Part shown: piece after piece, positions 40,582 to 50,913 of the stretch
How the letters are laid out: each line of letters opens with the position of its first letter
Numbering within the stretch: position 1 is the first letter of the stretch
Assembly (NCBI GenBank): GCA_965219685.1
Contig: CBDCOH010000002.1
Coordinates: 1,184,001-1,248,000 of the forward strand
DNA length: 64,000 bases
Origin: Candidatus Spongiisociaceae bacterium
GTDB lineage: Bacteria > Actinomycetota > Acidimicrobiia > Spongiisociales > Spongiisociaceae
Direction of reading: 5' to 3'
Position numbers and translations under genes: made by a program
Notes under the pieces: model-generated
The model's input: only the letters and a program-made list of their open reading frames with translations
The model's database searches: none
Told to the model about the DNA's origin: nothing

Positions 40582-41150
40582 CTAGCTAAACCACGGCCAG
40601 CGGCGTTCTCGTAGTAACTGGAAGTGCCCGATAGGCCGCCCGGTGTGTTGGGTCACTGCGGTCAGGGCGGCGATCCGAACGTCACGATGCGGATCGTCCG
40701 AGAGTGCCGTCAATAGGTGGTGCGGCACGTTCGGTGCATGGCGACTGTCCTACGGACATACGAATACTCGTCGCCGGCCAGGGTCGTCAGCACGGCTACG
40801 GGGGTGTTTTGGTTTCTGGCGACTCGTACACGAACTTGCCAACTGTTGTCGCCGGCCAGGGTCGTCAGCACGGCTACGGGTATCTTCCGGCTTCTGGCGA
40901 CTCGTAGACGAACTGCCTGATTGTTGTCGCCGGCCAGAGTTGTCATTGCGGCTACGGGAGTGTTCTGATTCCCCGCTGCCGCCAGGCGGACCGCCCGGTT
41001 GTCGTCGCCGGCCAGAGCAGTCAACGCGCCTGACGGTGTGTTCGGGTTGCACGCGACTGCCTTCCGAACAGACAGGCGGTTGTGGGCGGCAAGCCGTTCG
41101 AGGACATCCGGCGAGGTACCGGAGTTCCGGGCTAGACGGACATCGTTCAT
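40582..41150 (-). pseudogene. Leucine-rich-repeat-variant (LRV/HEAT-like) protein with 26-aa repeats, frameshifted near 40733
   Basis: 78-bp DNA repeats encoding LAGDxxxxVRxxVAxNxNTPVAVLTT; adding one base restores MHPNVPHHLLTALSDDPHRDVRIAAL, continuing to TAG at 40582. Confidence 0.7.
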
Positions 41151-41244
41151 CGTCTATCCCCATCCAAATAAGGGGCGTCTAGCCCGGAGCGCGCCCGGAC
41201 GGCCTTGATGGCGTGTCGAACGGAGCAACGTTCCGGATGGCTGT

Positions 41245-41298
41245 TGAGCTGCCCGGGGTTTCCCGGAGTCTCAGGTGATACCCCGGTTTTCCGGAGTC
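41245..41298 (+). mobile_element. Orphan IS3-type terminal inverted repeat relic (two degenerate copies)
   Basis: TGAGCTGCCCGGGGTTTCCCGGAGTCTC matches the IS3 left end at 51606 at 21/28 positions; second partial copy at 41276. Confidence 0.6.
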
Positions 41299-41380
41299 GG
41301 CAAGGTCGGGGAGATCCCACGATTCTGTATGGTAGTTTTGGCCCCGTATGGTTTCCCACGTTGCCAATCGTTGGTGAGCC

Positions 41381-42265
41381 ATGGCTGGTCTTGTGCAACT
41401 TGTTCTCGACGCTCTCAGCCTAGGGAGTGTCTACGCGCTCTTCGCGCTAGGGGTCGGGTTGCTATTCGGTGTGATGAGCCTCATCAACTTCGCCCATGGC
41501 GAACTCGTAATGGCGGGTGGCTACGTGCTGGTGTTCATCACCGTCCCGAACACGGCCATACGTATCGGCGCGGCAGTTTTCGTCGTGGTGCTGCTGGCGC
41601 TCGCCACCGAGCGGGTTGCCTTCCGTCGTGTGCGGGGCGCCGCGATCGAGACGCTACTCGTGACGTCCTTCGCAGTGAGCTTCTTCCTGCAGAGCCTGGC
41701 AGTCGTAACGGTGGGGGCCCTTCCGCGCAGCGTCGGTATTCTCGAAGGCTTACGGGGTCGCATAGTTATCGGCGACATAGCTGTCCGCCGATTGGACCTG
41801 GTCTCCATCGGAGTGACGGCGGTGCTGTTGCTGTCGCTGGTTCTGTTTCTCAGCCGGACAGTGTTCGGACTCCAGATGCGGGCCGCGGCTGAGGACTTCT
41901 TCGTGGCGCGCATCCTGGGCATAAACGCAAACCGGGTGATCGCCGGGGCCTTCGCTATCAGCGGTGTTCTTGCCGGAGTAGGGGCGATTCTCTTCTCGGC
42001 TCAGACCGGTCTTGTCCATCCTGCAATCGGGCTGACGCCGGTGCTGGCAGCCTTCATAGCGGTGATCATCGGAGGGCTGGGCAGCCTGCCCGGGTCGGTC
42101 CTCGGGGCGTACCTGCTCGGGGCGACCTCGGTAGCTCTTCAGGCAGGACTTCCGCTGGGACTCAGGTCTTTCAGAGATGCCCTGGTGTTCCTCGTCGTCG
42201 TGATCATCCTGGTAGCCAAGCCGGACGGCATAATGGGTGCCCGACTCCAGAACCGTACCGTCTAG
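41381..42265 (+). CDS. Branched-chain amino acid ABC transporter permease (LivH-like)
   Basis: LGSVYALFALG, INFAHGE, AVIIGGLGSLPG. Confidence 0.92.
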   Translation: MAGLVQLVLDALSLGSVYALFALGVGLLFGVMSLINFAHGELVMAGGYVLVFITVPNTAIRIGAAVFVVVLLALATERVAFRRVRGAAIETLLVTSFAVSFFLQSLAVVTVGALPRSVGILEGLRGRIVIGDIAVRRLDLVSIGVTAVLLLSLVLFLSRTVFGLQMRAAAEDFFVARILGINANRVIAGAFAISGVLAGVGAILFSAQTGLVHPAIGLTPVLAAFIAVIIGGLGSLPGSVLGAYLLGATSVALQAGLPLGLRSFRDALVFLVVVIILVAKPDGIMGARLQNRTV

Positions 42266-42268
42266 CCG

Positions 42269-44182
42269 ATGAGGCGCACGGCGCTGGTCGCGCGAGCACA
42301 TTTTGCGCCCCTGGTCCTCAGTGCAGGGGCGGTCCTGCTGGCAGGGTACGGAGCCATCGCATCCAATGCAGTGCGCACTTCGGTGCTGAGCGCTCTGATC
42401 AGCGCGATTCTCGTCGTGGGCATGTATATCTTCATCGGTAACTCCGGAGTCTTCTCCTTCGGGCATATAGGGTTCATGGCCATCGGGGCTTATGCGACCG
42501 CCATCCTCGTGATCCCCGAGTCCACGAAGTCGGCACTCTTTCCGTCCCTTCCGGGGATAACGCTTCCCGCCCACGTAGCAGTCGCGGTAGGAGCGCTTCT
42601 CGCTGCGCTGGTAGCCGTCCTCATCGGCACCCCCCTGATGCAACTGTCCGGAATCGTGGCCTCGCTGGGTACCTTCGCCTTCCTGAACATCACATTCAAC
42701 GTCGCATCCAACTGGGAGTCCGTAACCGGCGGATCCACGGGACTGGCCGGAGTACCGCGGGCTGCAACCTTGCCCGGCACAGCGGCTTGGGCGATCCTGG
42801 CGATCGTCAGCGCGTGGCTCTTCCAGCAGACCCGTCTCTGCCTGCGTCTGCGCGGATCGCGCGACGACGAGGACGCAGCCCGCGCCCTCGGGATTGGCAT
42901 CTCCTGGGAACGGCTCGTCTCCTTCGTGCTGAGTGCAGCCGTCACGGGGGTGGCCGGGGGACTGTTCGCCCTGGCATTCGGCACCTTCAACCCGTCTGCT
43001 TTCTTCGTGGCCGCCACCTTCCTGGCCATTGCCATGCTGGTAGTCGGGGGACGGCTCAGCCTCACCGGTGCCTTCACGGGGGCCGTTCTCTTGTCCCTGC
43101 TCAGCCTCCTGCTCCGGCAGGTGGAGGACGGCATAGCACTCGGCATCATCCGGGTCCCACCCGTCCGCGGCCTTCAACAGGTAGGGGTTGCGGTGGTACT
43201 GGTCGTCGTGCTCCTCATCCGGCCCCGCGGTATAACGAACGGTGCGGAACTGACCTGGAGCACCGTTGTCCGGATGCGTGGGTGGATCAAGGCGAGACTC
43301 AGGATCGGATCGAGCGCCGAGCCGGCACGCGGCGACGTTCGCGTGGCTGCACGGCCGGCCCCGGAGTCGGTTGGCGACCGGGTCCGTCCCCACGGATCCT
43401 CGCGCCCGTCGTCCACCGGTTCGACAGCCGCGACAACTGGCGGCGCCGGTCCCCTGCTGGCGGTCTCTCAACTGTCGGGTGGTTACGGGGAACTCAAGGC
43501 AATCCGGGGAATCGAACTCTCGGTGGACAATGGTGAGGTGGTTGCCCTGCTCGGACCCAACGGCGCCGGTAAGACCACGATACTCAGGGCGATCCTGGGC
43601 TTCCTGCAGGTCACCGGAGGTGACATACTCCTCGACGGGCGGAGTATCCTCGGCATGGCTCCGGACCGCGTCGCCCGATCCGGCATCGGCCTCGTTCCGG
43701 AGGGACGGCGGATACTCGGTAGCCTCACCGTTGCCGAGAACCTTCGCCTCGGAGCGGCGGCCCGACGATCGAGGGAGGGCATCGAGGCTGACCTCAAGTC
43801 GATCCTTGACCGCTTCCCGGTTCTGAGGCGTTACTACCGGGGAAGCGCCGGCACCCTATCCGGTGGCGAGCAGCAGCAACTAGCGGTAGCCCGCGCACTG
43901 ATGGCGCGTCCCCGCCTACTTCTCCTTGATGAACCCTCGTTGGGGCTGGCACCGGTCCTCACAGCGACGGTCTTCGGCATCCTCGGTGACCTCAAGAGGG
44001 AGGGGGTGACCATGCTCATAGTCGAGCAGAACGCCGAGTTGGCGTTGGAACTCGCTGATAGAGGGTACGTGCTCCAGACCGGGAGGATCGTCGGGCACGG
44101 ATCCAGTGACCGCTTGCGAGCTGATAGGGATCTAGCCGATGCCTACCTGGGAGGCCTTCCCGGACCGGGCGATGGCTCGTGA
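42269..44182 (+). CDS. Fused LivM-like permease and LivF-like ATP-binding protein
   Basis: SFGHIGFMAIGAY, TGGSTGL; then GPNGAGKTT, LSGGEQQ, LLDEPSLGLAP, VEQNA. Confidence 0.9.
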   Translation: MRRTALVARAHFAPLVLSAGAVLLAGYGAIASNAVRTSVLSALISAILVVGMYIFIGNSGVFSFGHIGFMAIGAYATAILVIPESTKSALFPSLPGITLPAHVAVAVGALLAALVAVLIGTPLMQLSGIVASLGTFAFLNITFNVASNWESVTGGSTGLAGVPRAATLPGTAAWAILAIVSAWLFQQTRLCLRLRGSRDDEDAARALGIGISWERLVSFVLSAAVTGVAGGLFALAFGTFNPSAFFVAATFLAIAMLVVGGRLSLTGAFTGAVLLSLLSLLLRQVEDGIALGIIRVPPVRGLQQVGVAVVLVVVLLIRPRGITNGAELTWSTVVRMRGWIKARLRIGSSAEPARGDVRVAARPAPESVGDRVRPHGSSRPSSTGSTAATTGGAGPLLAVSQLSGGYGELKAIRGIELSVDNGEVVALLGPNGAGKTTILRAILGFLQVTGGDILLDGRSILGMAPDRVARSGIGLVPEGRRILGSLTVAENLRLGAAARRSREGIEADLKSILDRFPVLRRYYRGSAGTLSGGEQQQLAVARALMARPRLLLLDEPSLGLAPVLTATVFGILGDLKREGVTMLIVEQNAELALELADRGYVLQTGRIVGHGSSDRLRADRDLADAYLGGLPGPGDGS

Positions 44183-44934
44183 ACGCAGGATCGGTCCTCA
44201 GTGAAGAGACGCTCGACGCGAGTCTGGTCTCCCGGGGGGTCTCGGTCAGGTTCGAAGGCCTCCAAGCACTCGACCGCGTGGACCTGGACGTCGGGCGGGG
44301 CCACATCCTGGGCCTTATCGGACCAAACGGAGCTGGCAAGACGACCCTGGTCAACGTCATGAGCGGGTTCCAGGCGTCCGATGCCGGTACGGTCACGCTG
44401 GAGGGCAAGGACCTGACGGGTCGCTCCCCACACCACATCGCTCGTGCCGGTCTCGTCCGGACGTTCCAAGGCATGCGGGTGTTCGGCGAGCTTACAGCTT
44501 CCGAGAACATCCAGCTCGGGGCATTGGCCCGCAACCGGATGAGCCGGCGCGAGGCCCGCAATGCGGCTGGGGAGTTGCTCGAATCACTCGGGCTCGGCGA
44601 CAAGGCAGACAGGCGCGCGTCGACCCTTCCGTTGGGGGACGAGCGGAGGATCGGATTCCTCAGGGCTCTGGCAGCCAAGCCCGAATACCTGCTCCTCGAT
44701 GAACCGGCGGCAGGTCTCAACGACGCGGAAAGCTCGGATCTGGCAAGCCTCATCGACGAGGCCCGGCGCCGTTGGAATATCGGTATCGTCCTGATAGAGC
44801 ACGACATGCAAGTGGTCATGCAGGTCTGCGACACCGTACAGGTGCTCGACCACGGCAGGACCTTGGCGATTGGAAGCCCCGACGAGGTTCGTACCGATCG
44901 CGACGTCATCGCCGCCTACCTGGGTGGACAGTGA
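44179..44934 (+). CDS. ABC transporter ATP-binding protein (LivG-like)
   Basis: GLIGPNGAGKTT, RTFQ, LLDEPAAGL, IEHDM, VIAAYLG. Confidence 0.92.
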   Translation: MNAGSVLSEETLDASLVSRGVSVRFEGLQALDRVDLDVGRGHILGLIGPNGAGKTTLVNVMSGFQASDAGTVTLEGKDLTGRSPHHIARAGLVRTFQGMRVFGELTASENIQLGALARNRMSRREARNAAGELLESLGLGDKADRRASTLPLGDERRIGFLRALAAKPEYLLLDEPAAGLNDAESSDLASLIDEARRRWNIGIVLIEHDMQVVMQVCDTVQVLDHGRTLAIGSPDEVRTDRDVIAAYLGGQ

Positions 44935-45035
44935 CGGCAGTGGCGACCGTCGTCACCTCCGACCGCCCGATCGAGCGGAGACAGGATCTGCCTGCCGGCC
45001 AATGCTAGGAAGGGCTTTGATGAGGGGAGAACGCA

Positions 45036-46100
45036 ATGAGAAACCTTGGTGTCCTGGAATCGCTTGATGAGGTTCCCGCCTCCCGTCCCGAGCGCTACAC
45101 GTGTGACCTCGTCGTCGCAGAGACGGTGGCCGGACCGCTCACGGTTCCTGTATGGGTCGTGAGGGGCAAGAGTCCGGGACCCACCTTGGCGATGACCGCA
45201 GGAGTGCACGCAGGCGAGTTCACCGGACAGATCGCGGTTCCCAAACTCGCATCCACGATCGACGTCGAGAAGCTCAGCGGAGACTTCATCGGTGTGGTGT
45301 GCGCCAATCCGAGAGCGCTCGAGTTGAGAATGTCCTTCTACCTTCCCATCGACGGTGTGAACATCAACCAGTCGTTCCCCGGAGATCCCTTCGGTTCGAT
45401 CGGATCCCAGGTCGCAGCGAGGATCGGAAGCGAGATTATCGAGCGCAGTTCGACGTACATGGATCTCCACAGTGGGGATCATTACGAAGAGATACCGCTC
45501 CACGTGGTCGTGCCCGAGCTCGGGAACCCGGAGACGGACGCGTGCAGCCGCCGCCTCGCCTCTCTTTTCGATATCGAGTTCCGGAACATCATGGGTGCAG
45601 GCATCGACGAACTGTCCGGAACGAGCGACGACGGAAGCAACGTGTGGACCGGTCTGAACGTAGCTCGTAACAACATCGGATACGCGGCCCTCAACGGCAT
45701 ACCGGCTGTCCAGCTGGAAGTGGGAGGTGCCGGCCGGTTGGATCCGGAACTGGTGGATCTGGAGTTACGGGGCTTCTTCAACGTCATGAGGCACATGGGC
45801 ATGTACCCGGGGGAACCCGTGGTCAACGACCGGCAGACCGACGTCTACGGAATGTACGTCGTGACGGCGGACTCGGCCGGATACTTCGTGCGGGATGTGG
45901 AGCCCGGCCAACGGGTGATTCACGGGACTCCGCTCGGAACCTTCCTCGACAGGTTCGGCTTGCCGAGGACCGTGGTGAGGAGCCCGCTGGCCGGATGGGT
46001 ACTCATGATCTTCTCCACCCCGACCCGTAACGGAGGCGAGTGCGTCTGCATCGTAGGGATGGATCGAGACCCGAGAAAGGAGAACGCCGATCATGTCTGA
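45036..46100 (+). CDS. Succinylglutamate desuccinylase/aspartoacylase family (M14-like) deacylase
   Basis: GVHAGE, NINQSFPG, DLHSG, LEVGG, C-terminal barrel-sandwich domain; RBS GGGGAG. Confidence 0.85.
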   Translation: MRNLGVLESLDEVPASRPERYTCDLVVAETVAGPLTVPVWVVRGKSPGPTLAMTAGVHAGEFTGQIAVPKLASTIDVEKLSGDFIGVVCANPRALELRMSFYLPIDGVNINQSFPGDPFGSIGSQVAARIGSEIIERSSTYMDLHSGDHYEEIPLHVVVPELGNPETDACSRRLASLFDIEFRNIMGAGIDELSGTSDDGSNVWTGLNVARNNIGYAALNGIPAVQLEVGGAGRLDPELVDLELRGFFNVMRHMGMYPGEPVVNDRQTDVYGMYVVTADSAGYFVRDVEPGQRVIHGTPLGTFLDRFGLPRTVVRSPLAGWVLMIFSTPTRNGGECVCIVGMDRDPRKENADHV

Positions 46101-46824
46101 CCACTGCGTCCTGGAGGAGATCCTCCACCGGGGAGTGCTGCGGGTGGCCGCCCGTTGGGACCTCACGTTCGAGCAGTTCATCAACCCTGAGACTGGAGAA
46201 CCCGACGGTGTGGTGGGTCGGGTAGGGCGGCTCATGGCCGACGAGTTGGGGGTACAGGTCGAGTTCGTCGTGCTGGAGTGGGACGACCAACTCGATGCCC
46301 TGGTTGACGGCCGGGTACACCTGCTGATGAAGCACACCAACCTGCCCAGCCGGGCCCTATCCGTGATGTTCAGCGACGGCGTGCTCCTGGAGTATGAAGG
46401 TGTCGTGCTCGTGCGCAGGGAGTCGGCCGGAGGGGGCATGGCCTGGCTGCGGGCCGCGCGCCGGCTGGCTGCGGTCGCGGGCGCCCTGCAGGAAGACATC
46501 ATCAGGCAGCGGTTCCCGAAAGCTCGCTATGTACCGGTGCCGGACAACGACGAGGGAGCAAATCGGGTCATCGATGGGTCAGCCGACGGGCTGTTGGTGG
46601 ATGCAGGCCTCCGCGTACCTGAGGCATGCGAATACCTGACCGAACCGAACGGGGACCTGGTTGTGCTATCCCGGGACGCTTCGCACCCTGCGGTCGCGAA
46701 CAACCAGTTCCGGTTCCTACGCTGGGTCGACAATTTCATGGACTATCACAAGCGCCTCGGGACCCTTGACGAGATGATCTCCGCAGCCAAGGCCGCTCAT
46801 GCGCGGTCGGGTCTCTCCGGGTAG
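46093..46824 (+). CDS. Substrate-binding family 3 domain protein without an evident signal peptide
   Basis: RGVLRVA, ADELGVQVEFVVLEWDDQLDALVDGRVHL. Confidence 0.78.
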   Translation: MSDHCVLEEILHRGVLRVAARWDLTFEQFINPETGEPDGVVGRVGRLMADELGVQVEFVVLEWDDQLDALVDGRVHLLMKHTNLPSRALSVMFSDGVLLEYEGVVLVRRESAGGGMAWLRAARRLAAVAGALQEDIIRQRFPKARYVPVPDNDEGANRVIDGSADGLLVDAGLRVPEACEYLTEPNGDLVVLSRDASHPAVANNQFRFLRWVDNFMDYHKRLGTLDEMISAAKAAHARSGLSG

Positions 46825-46971
46825 GGCACGGAGCCGTCCAACTCCGTGGAGCGACGACACGGCAGGACACAGCGTTCCTGGGTGTGCGTCGCCCCCGCGT
46901 GTACGCCTCTCCCGGGGAGTGCCGGCGGCTCTAAGAGCGCGCCGGGCTCACCCCGGATGGTTATGCGTTCT

Positions 46972-48216
46972 CTATCCGAACAGTGGTGGTTGAACCTTGG
47001 CGGAGCGAATCGACACGATCCGGTGCGCCCCTGCATCGAGTTCGAGGATCCGCAACTCGCGGTCTTTGTCGATGTGCAGGTCGGATGAGAACGTGACGTT
47101 CAGGCCGCCGACGTTCCTGCCGTCGAACTGCTCAAGTATCTCCGTAACGGCTTCACCATCGGTTGTACCCGCTTCTTCTATCGCTTCGGCGAGCGCGTAC
47201 ACCGCCGCGTACGCACCGATCGCGCTGACAGCTTGGGGCTGTCCGTGCCGATCGAGATACTTGCGGAGAAACTCCCCGACTTCGGGGCTCGGGTCGTCCC
47301 CCCAGAAGGAGACCGGCGACGTGTAGTAGAAAGCGGTGAGGTCCGGCATCGAGTCCTTGTACCAGAAGTCCCCGTCGAATCCGTTGTTGCTTACGATTGG
47401 GGCATCCACGCCTCCGTCACGTAGTTGCTTGGTGGCTACCGCACCTCCAGGCGGGAAGGAGCAGAGGGCGATGATCTCCGGTGGTTCGGAAAGAGCGTTG
47501 ATCCTCGTGACCTGGCTCGCGATCGAAGCGTCGTTGTTGTTGAACTGATCCTGGCCGGCAATGGTCCCGCCCTGTTCTATCCAGCGGGTTTCGAAGGCTC
47601 GGCAGTAGTCCTTGTTGTAATCGGCGATGTCGTCGAGCAGCAGGTAGGCCGTCCTGAATCCCTGATCTTCGAAGGCCCATTCGGCTGCGACCGCGCCGTC
47701 GGTAGTAGCGGCTATCCCCATGGTGAATGCCAGGGGTCCGATGCCCTCGATCCCGAACAGTGGTGAACCCGCCGAGGATGAAAAGACGACCAGCCCGGCA
47801 TCCTGAGCAGCGCGGGCGGCTCCTCCACCCATGTTGTAATCGGGGGACACGATCATCACGTGGGCGCCTTGGTCGATAACCTCCTGGCCCGCCACCGTGC
47901 CCTGATCGATATCGGACTTGGTGTCAGCGGTGACAATCTCCAGACTTCTACCCATCACGCCGCCGGCCTCGTTGATCTCGTCCACGGCGATCTGGGCACC
48001 GTTGAGCGCCGGTAGGTCGAACGCCGCCATGAAGTCGGTCAGGCCGATTGCCATTCCTATTACGATCGGTCCATCGTCATCGGCGGCCTCTTCAGCACAG
48101 GCCCCCGTAACCAGCACGAGGAGGAGAGCAACTATCCCGACCAGCCGGAATGGTGCTCGGGGGCCCAAGGCGGACCTTCCTGTCTTTCGAAGTCCTGTCG
48201 GAAGTATCCTGGCCAT
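46972..48216 (-). CDS. Branched-chain amino acid ABC substrate-binding lipoprotein (LivK-like)
   Basis: TGAC lipobox, AVDEINEAGGVMGRSLEIVTADTKSD; start MARIL after RBS GGGAGG. Confidence 0.88.
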   Translation of the reverse strand: MARILPTGLRKTGRSALGPRAPFRLVGIVALLLVLVTGACAEEAADDDGPIVIGMAIGLTDFMAAFDLPALNGAQIAVDEINEAGGVMGRSLEIVTADTKSDIDQGTVAGQEVIDQGAHVMIVSPDYNMGGGAARAAQDAGLVVFSSSAGSPLFGIEGIGPLAFTMGIAATTDGAVAAEWAFEDQGFRTAYLLLDDIADYNKDYCRAFETRWIEQGGTIAGQDQFNNNDASIASQVTRINALSEPPEIIALCSFPPGGAVATKQLRDGGVDAPIVSNNGFDGDFWYKDSMPDLTAFYYTSPVSFWGDDPSPEVGEFLRKYLDRHGQPQAVSAIGAYAAVYALAEAIEEAGTTDGEAVTEILEQFDGRNVGGLNVTFSSDLHIDKDRELRILELDAGAHRIVSIRSAKVQPPLFG

Positions 48217-48772
48217 TTTTCCTCCCAGTACGTAGGCGGAGAATAGGCCGACTATACGGCAGACCCCCGAAACCGTCAACCGTTTTGTTCCCAGAGTTAT
48301 GGGCACATCACACAACAAATAGATGGTTTGTAACGGGCAGAGCAAGAGAGTGTCCTGTATCACTTGTCTCCAGGCCTGGAGGATTGATCAGGAGCTTCCA
48401 CGGTTGGCTCAGCACGCGGTATCGCCGGAGGTTACCAAAGTCCCGGCGGTTGGTGTACACGTGGGAGAGGCACCATTTGGATCGACTGGCTAGATCCCGA
48501 AATACGATGTTGACGGGTTGATTGAGAACGGTCCCGCGACTAAGACTTCAGATTAGAGAGACCAAGCCTTCCGGAACGAACAAGGCCTACCAACAGTAGG
48601 TCAAGGCCAGCCGGAAACCCAGCCGCCCGTGGAGTTTCGATGGGCCGCCTCGGTCGTTTGCCAAGAGGTCACTATCGGCTAACTACAGCGAGCAGCTTGG
48701 GGTCCGAGGCGACGGAGAGCTGTGTATTTGGGTTCCGGGCGCGGGGAGGTCAGCAAGATGACGGCGTGGGTT

Positions 48773-48880
48773 GAGAGCGGGTCGGGCAAGACCACCACCG
48801 TCCGATGCATCGTGCGGGTCTTTGGGGACATGGATCACTGCTCGCAGTGGATGACCTGCACTTCGATGTGACAGTCGGGG
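48773..48880 (+). pseudogene. Fragments of an oligopeptide-type ABC ATPase
   Basis: ESGSGKTTTVRCIVR (Walker A) and, in another frame, LLAVDDLHF; no intact ORF. Confidence 0.4.
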
Positions 48881-49118
48881 TCCGAGACGGATCAGGCGCC
48901 GCATACAGATTGGTTTCTTCTCGTCTCCCCAAGCGTCGGCCGCCTTCGCTCCGACTCCGCGGTTGCGGCGATGGAACGCACAGCCCGGCCCAGTGGTTCT
49001 GCCGGGCTTGGACATCTGCGATCAAGTGGAAGCAGCGCAGCGGAAGGAACGACCCCGCTGGAACCCTGCTAGTCCATACCCGTCGATCGGAGTCTGCGTA
49101 CCTAGCGCACCCAGGGGG

Positions 49119-49352
49119 CTACCCGCTATGTAGTCCTTGGTGGAGCACCTCGCCTAACAGTCCATCCAGGCTGGCAGCTATGTCCGCCAGGTGGCGGGCG
49201 ATGTGCTGTAGCTGCGCCACGGTGTTGGCTGCATGGGCTATCTGGTGGGTTCCTTGCGATATCTCTTCGGGTGGCAGTTTGAGGGTCACTGTGTAGATCG
49301 GATCGTCGCAGAGGGTGCAGGGCTCTTCGTCGGCGGTGGGTTGGGTGCTCAT
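49119..49352 (-). CDS. Small hypothetical protein (77 aa; CxxC plus amphipathic helix)
   Basis: TACACT -10 element 7 nt before ATG, consistent with a leaderless transcript. Confidence 0.5.
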   Translation of the reverse strand: MSTQPTADEEPCTLCDDPIYTVTLKLPPEEISQGTHQIAHAANTVAQLQHIARHLADIAASLDGLLGEVLHQGLHSG

Positions 49353-49758
49353 GCCCCGCAGTGTAGCGACTCGGCTAGTGTGGGGGTTGGCGGTGCCCTA
49401 ACCCCCGGACTGCCGTTTGGGGGGCGGAGTATGAGGGTAGGTTCCGGCTAGGGGCCGGGTAGCCTGCCCTCTGCGGGCGGCGAGTTCGCTACTTGTCGCC
49501 CGTCCGTCCTTAAAGGGTAATTCTACTGTGATCGAGGGCCGGGGGCGCTTTCGGACATGCCTGTAGTTTCGGGGGTCTCTGTTTTCTTGTTTGTTTGTCG
49601 AGTCCTGTCCTACAATTGGGGCTGCCAATCAACACCAAGCCGTTTTGTGCCTTTGGTCGAACCTGTTCGGGGTCGGGACCGCATGGTCCCGTTCCGGTTT
49701 GGCCGTTGGTGTTGATTGGCAAGACATCCTGACTCCGACCGGAAAGGGACCGCCAATC

Positions 49759-50376
49759 ATGCGTCGTGCCACTCTCATTGTCTCTGTAATCGCTGCCATG
49801 CTTGTGTCGGCTGTTGCCGGAGCCGCAGTCACAGCAAGATTCTCTGACGTGCCAGAAGATCATTGGGCGGTCGACTCCATCGAATGGGCTGCCGATGCGG
49901 GAATTATGCGGGAGAGGGGTGAGGGCATGTTCGAGCCGAACAGGGCAGTGACTCGTGCTCATCTGGCACAGATTCTCGCACGTTACGACCGTTTCCACAA
50001 CAGTTCGGGCCTCAGCATCGACGAAAGCGACCTGTTGTGGGACATTGTTGGGCCGGGAGACCTTAACGAAGATGGCGACACCGACGACAAATGGGAAGCG
50101 ACAACTCTCGAGTTTGACCGTGCCTATTCGTTCTACGATCTGACAGTCATGGTCAGAGACCTCTGCCGGACGATGGGTGATACCCCGGCGAGGGCTACTC
50201 TCGCAGAGACAGTGCAGGTCATTCCTGACTGGTTGGAGAGTTTTGACTGGAAGGGTGCGGTTACTGACGTTGATAGGTGGCGGGTCGTGTTCTACGGTCA
50301 TTGGGCGCTATGCCCGGAGTACGATGCGATCTACGATGCGTGGGCGGATGCTGACTGGCCCGGAATCGACTCCTGA
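49759..50376 (+). CDS. S-layer homology (SLH) domain protein, secreted
   Basis: Signal peptide, FSDVPEDHWAVDSIEWAADAGIM...FEPNRAVTRAHLA; RBS GAAAGGGA. Confidence 0.85.
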   Translation: MRRATLIVSVIAAMLVSAVAGAAVTARFSDVPEDHWAVDSIEWAADAGIMRERGEGMFEPNRAVTRAHLAQILARYDRFHNSSGLSIDESDLLWDIVGPGDLNEDGDTDDKWEATTLEFDRAYSFYDLTVMVRDLCRTMGDTPARATLAETVQVIPDWLESFDWKGAVTDVDRWRVVFYGHWALCPEYDAIYDAWADADWPGIDS

Positions 50377-50688
50377 TGGCAAGCGAAGAGCGGAACACTT
50401 ATCATGTGCAACTTCGGAACCCGGTCAAGACCGGCATGAAGGTGGCGGTCGGCTTCCTGATTGTGCAGGTGGGCGTGCTGGCGGCGTTGATGCTGCTGTA
50501 TGCGATTGCGGTAGCGGCGAACCCCGGACTGTTGCTGTGAGCTATCCGCCGGGGGCCGACTCGTACCCAGGACCGGCCCGTCGGGCATTCCATGCTGGGG
50601 AACCGGCATGGAAGATCAAGCTCGATGGGTTAGCGGAGGAAGCCGCCCGTAGGCGGCTTCCTGTGCTTGATCCGATTGTGCTGCCCGA

Positions 50689-50913
50689 TCAGGCGTTGCG
50701 GGTGTTGCGCCGGGAGGTCCGCCGCCTTAGCTGACGCCTGCCGGTCGGCTTCTGCTCCCGCCAAGCCTTCTCGCCCTTGCCCTTTGCCTTGGGCGGCGTG
50801 CCGAGCATCGCCTTCAACATGTCGTCGAACTCCGGCTTGCCCTTCATCTTCTCCCTCGGCTTCGTTCTCGCATTGCCATGCGGTATCGCAAGGCGATGTC
50901 CTCTGGTGGTCAT
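50689..50913 (-). CDS. Small basic protein coupled to the IS1595 transposase
   Basis: ATGA overlap with the transposase stop; EFDDMLKAMLGTPPK. Confidence 0.5.
   Translation of the reverse strand: MTTRGHRLAIPHGNARTKPREKMKGKPEFDDMLKAMLGTPPKAKGKGEKAWREQKPTGRRQLRRRTSRRNTRNA

Noticed and set aside
40760-41020. 78-bp periodic repeats as a possible CRISPR array
   Set aside because: Period is a multiple of 3 and encodes protein repeats; no unique spacers and no cas genes
48640-48660. TGGGCCGCCTCGG as a displaced tRNA-Lys 3' end (att site)
   Set aside because: Match too short and degenerate to support
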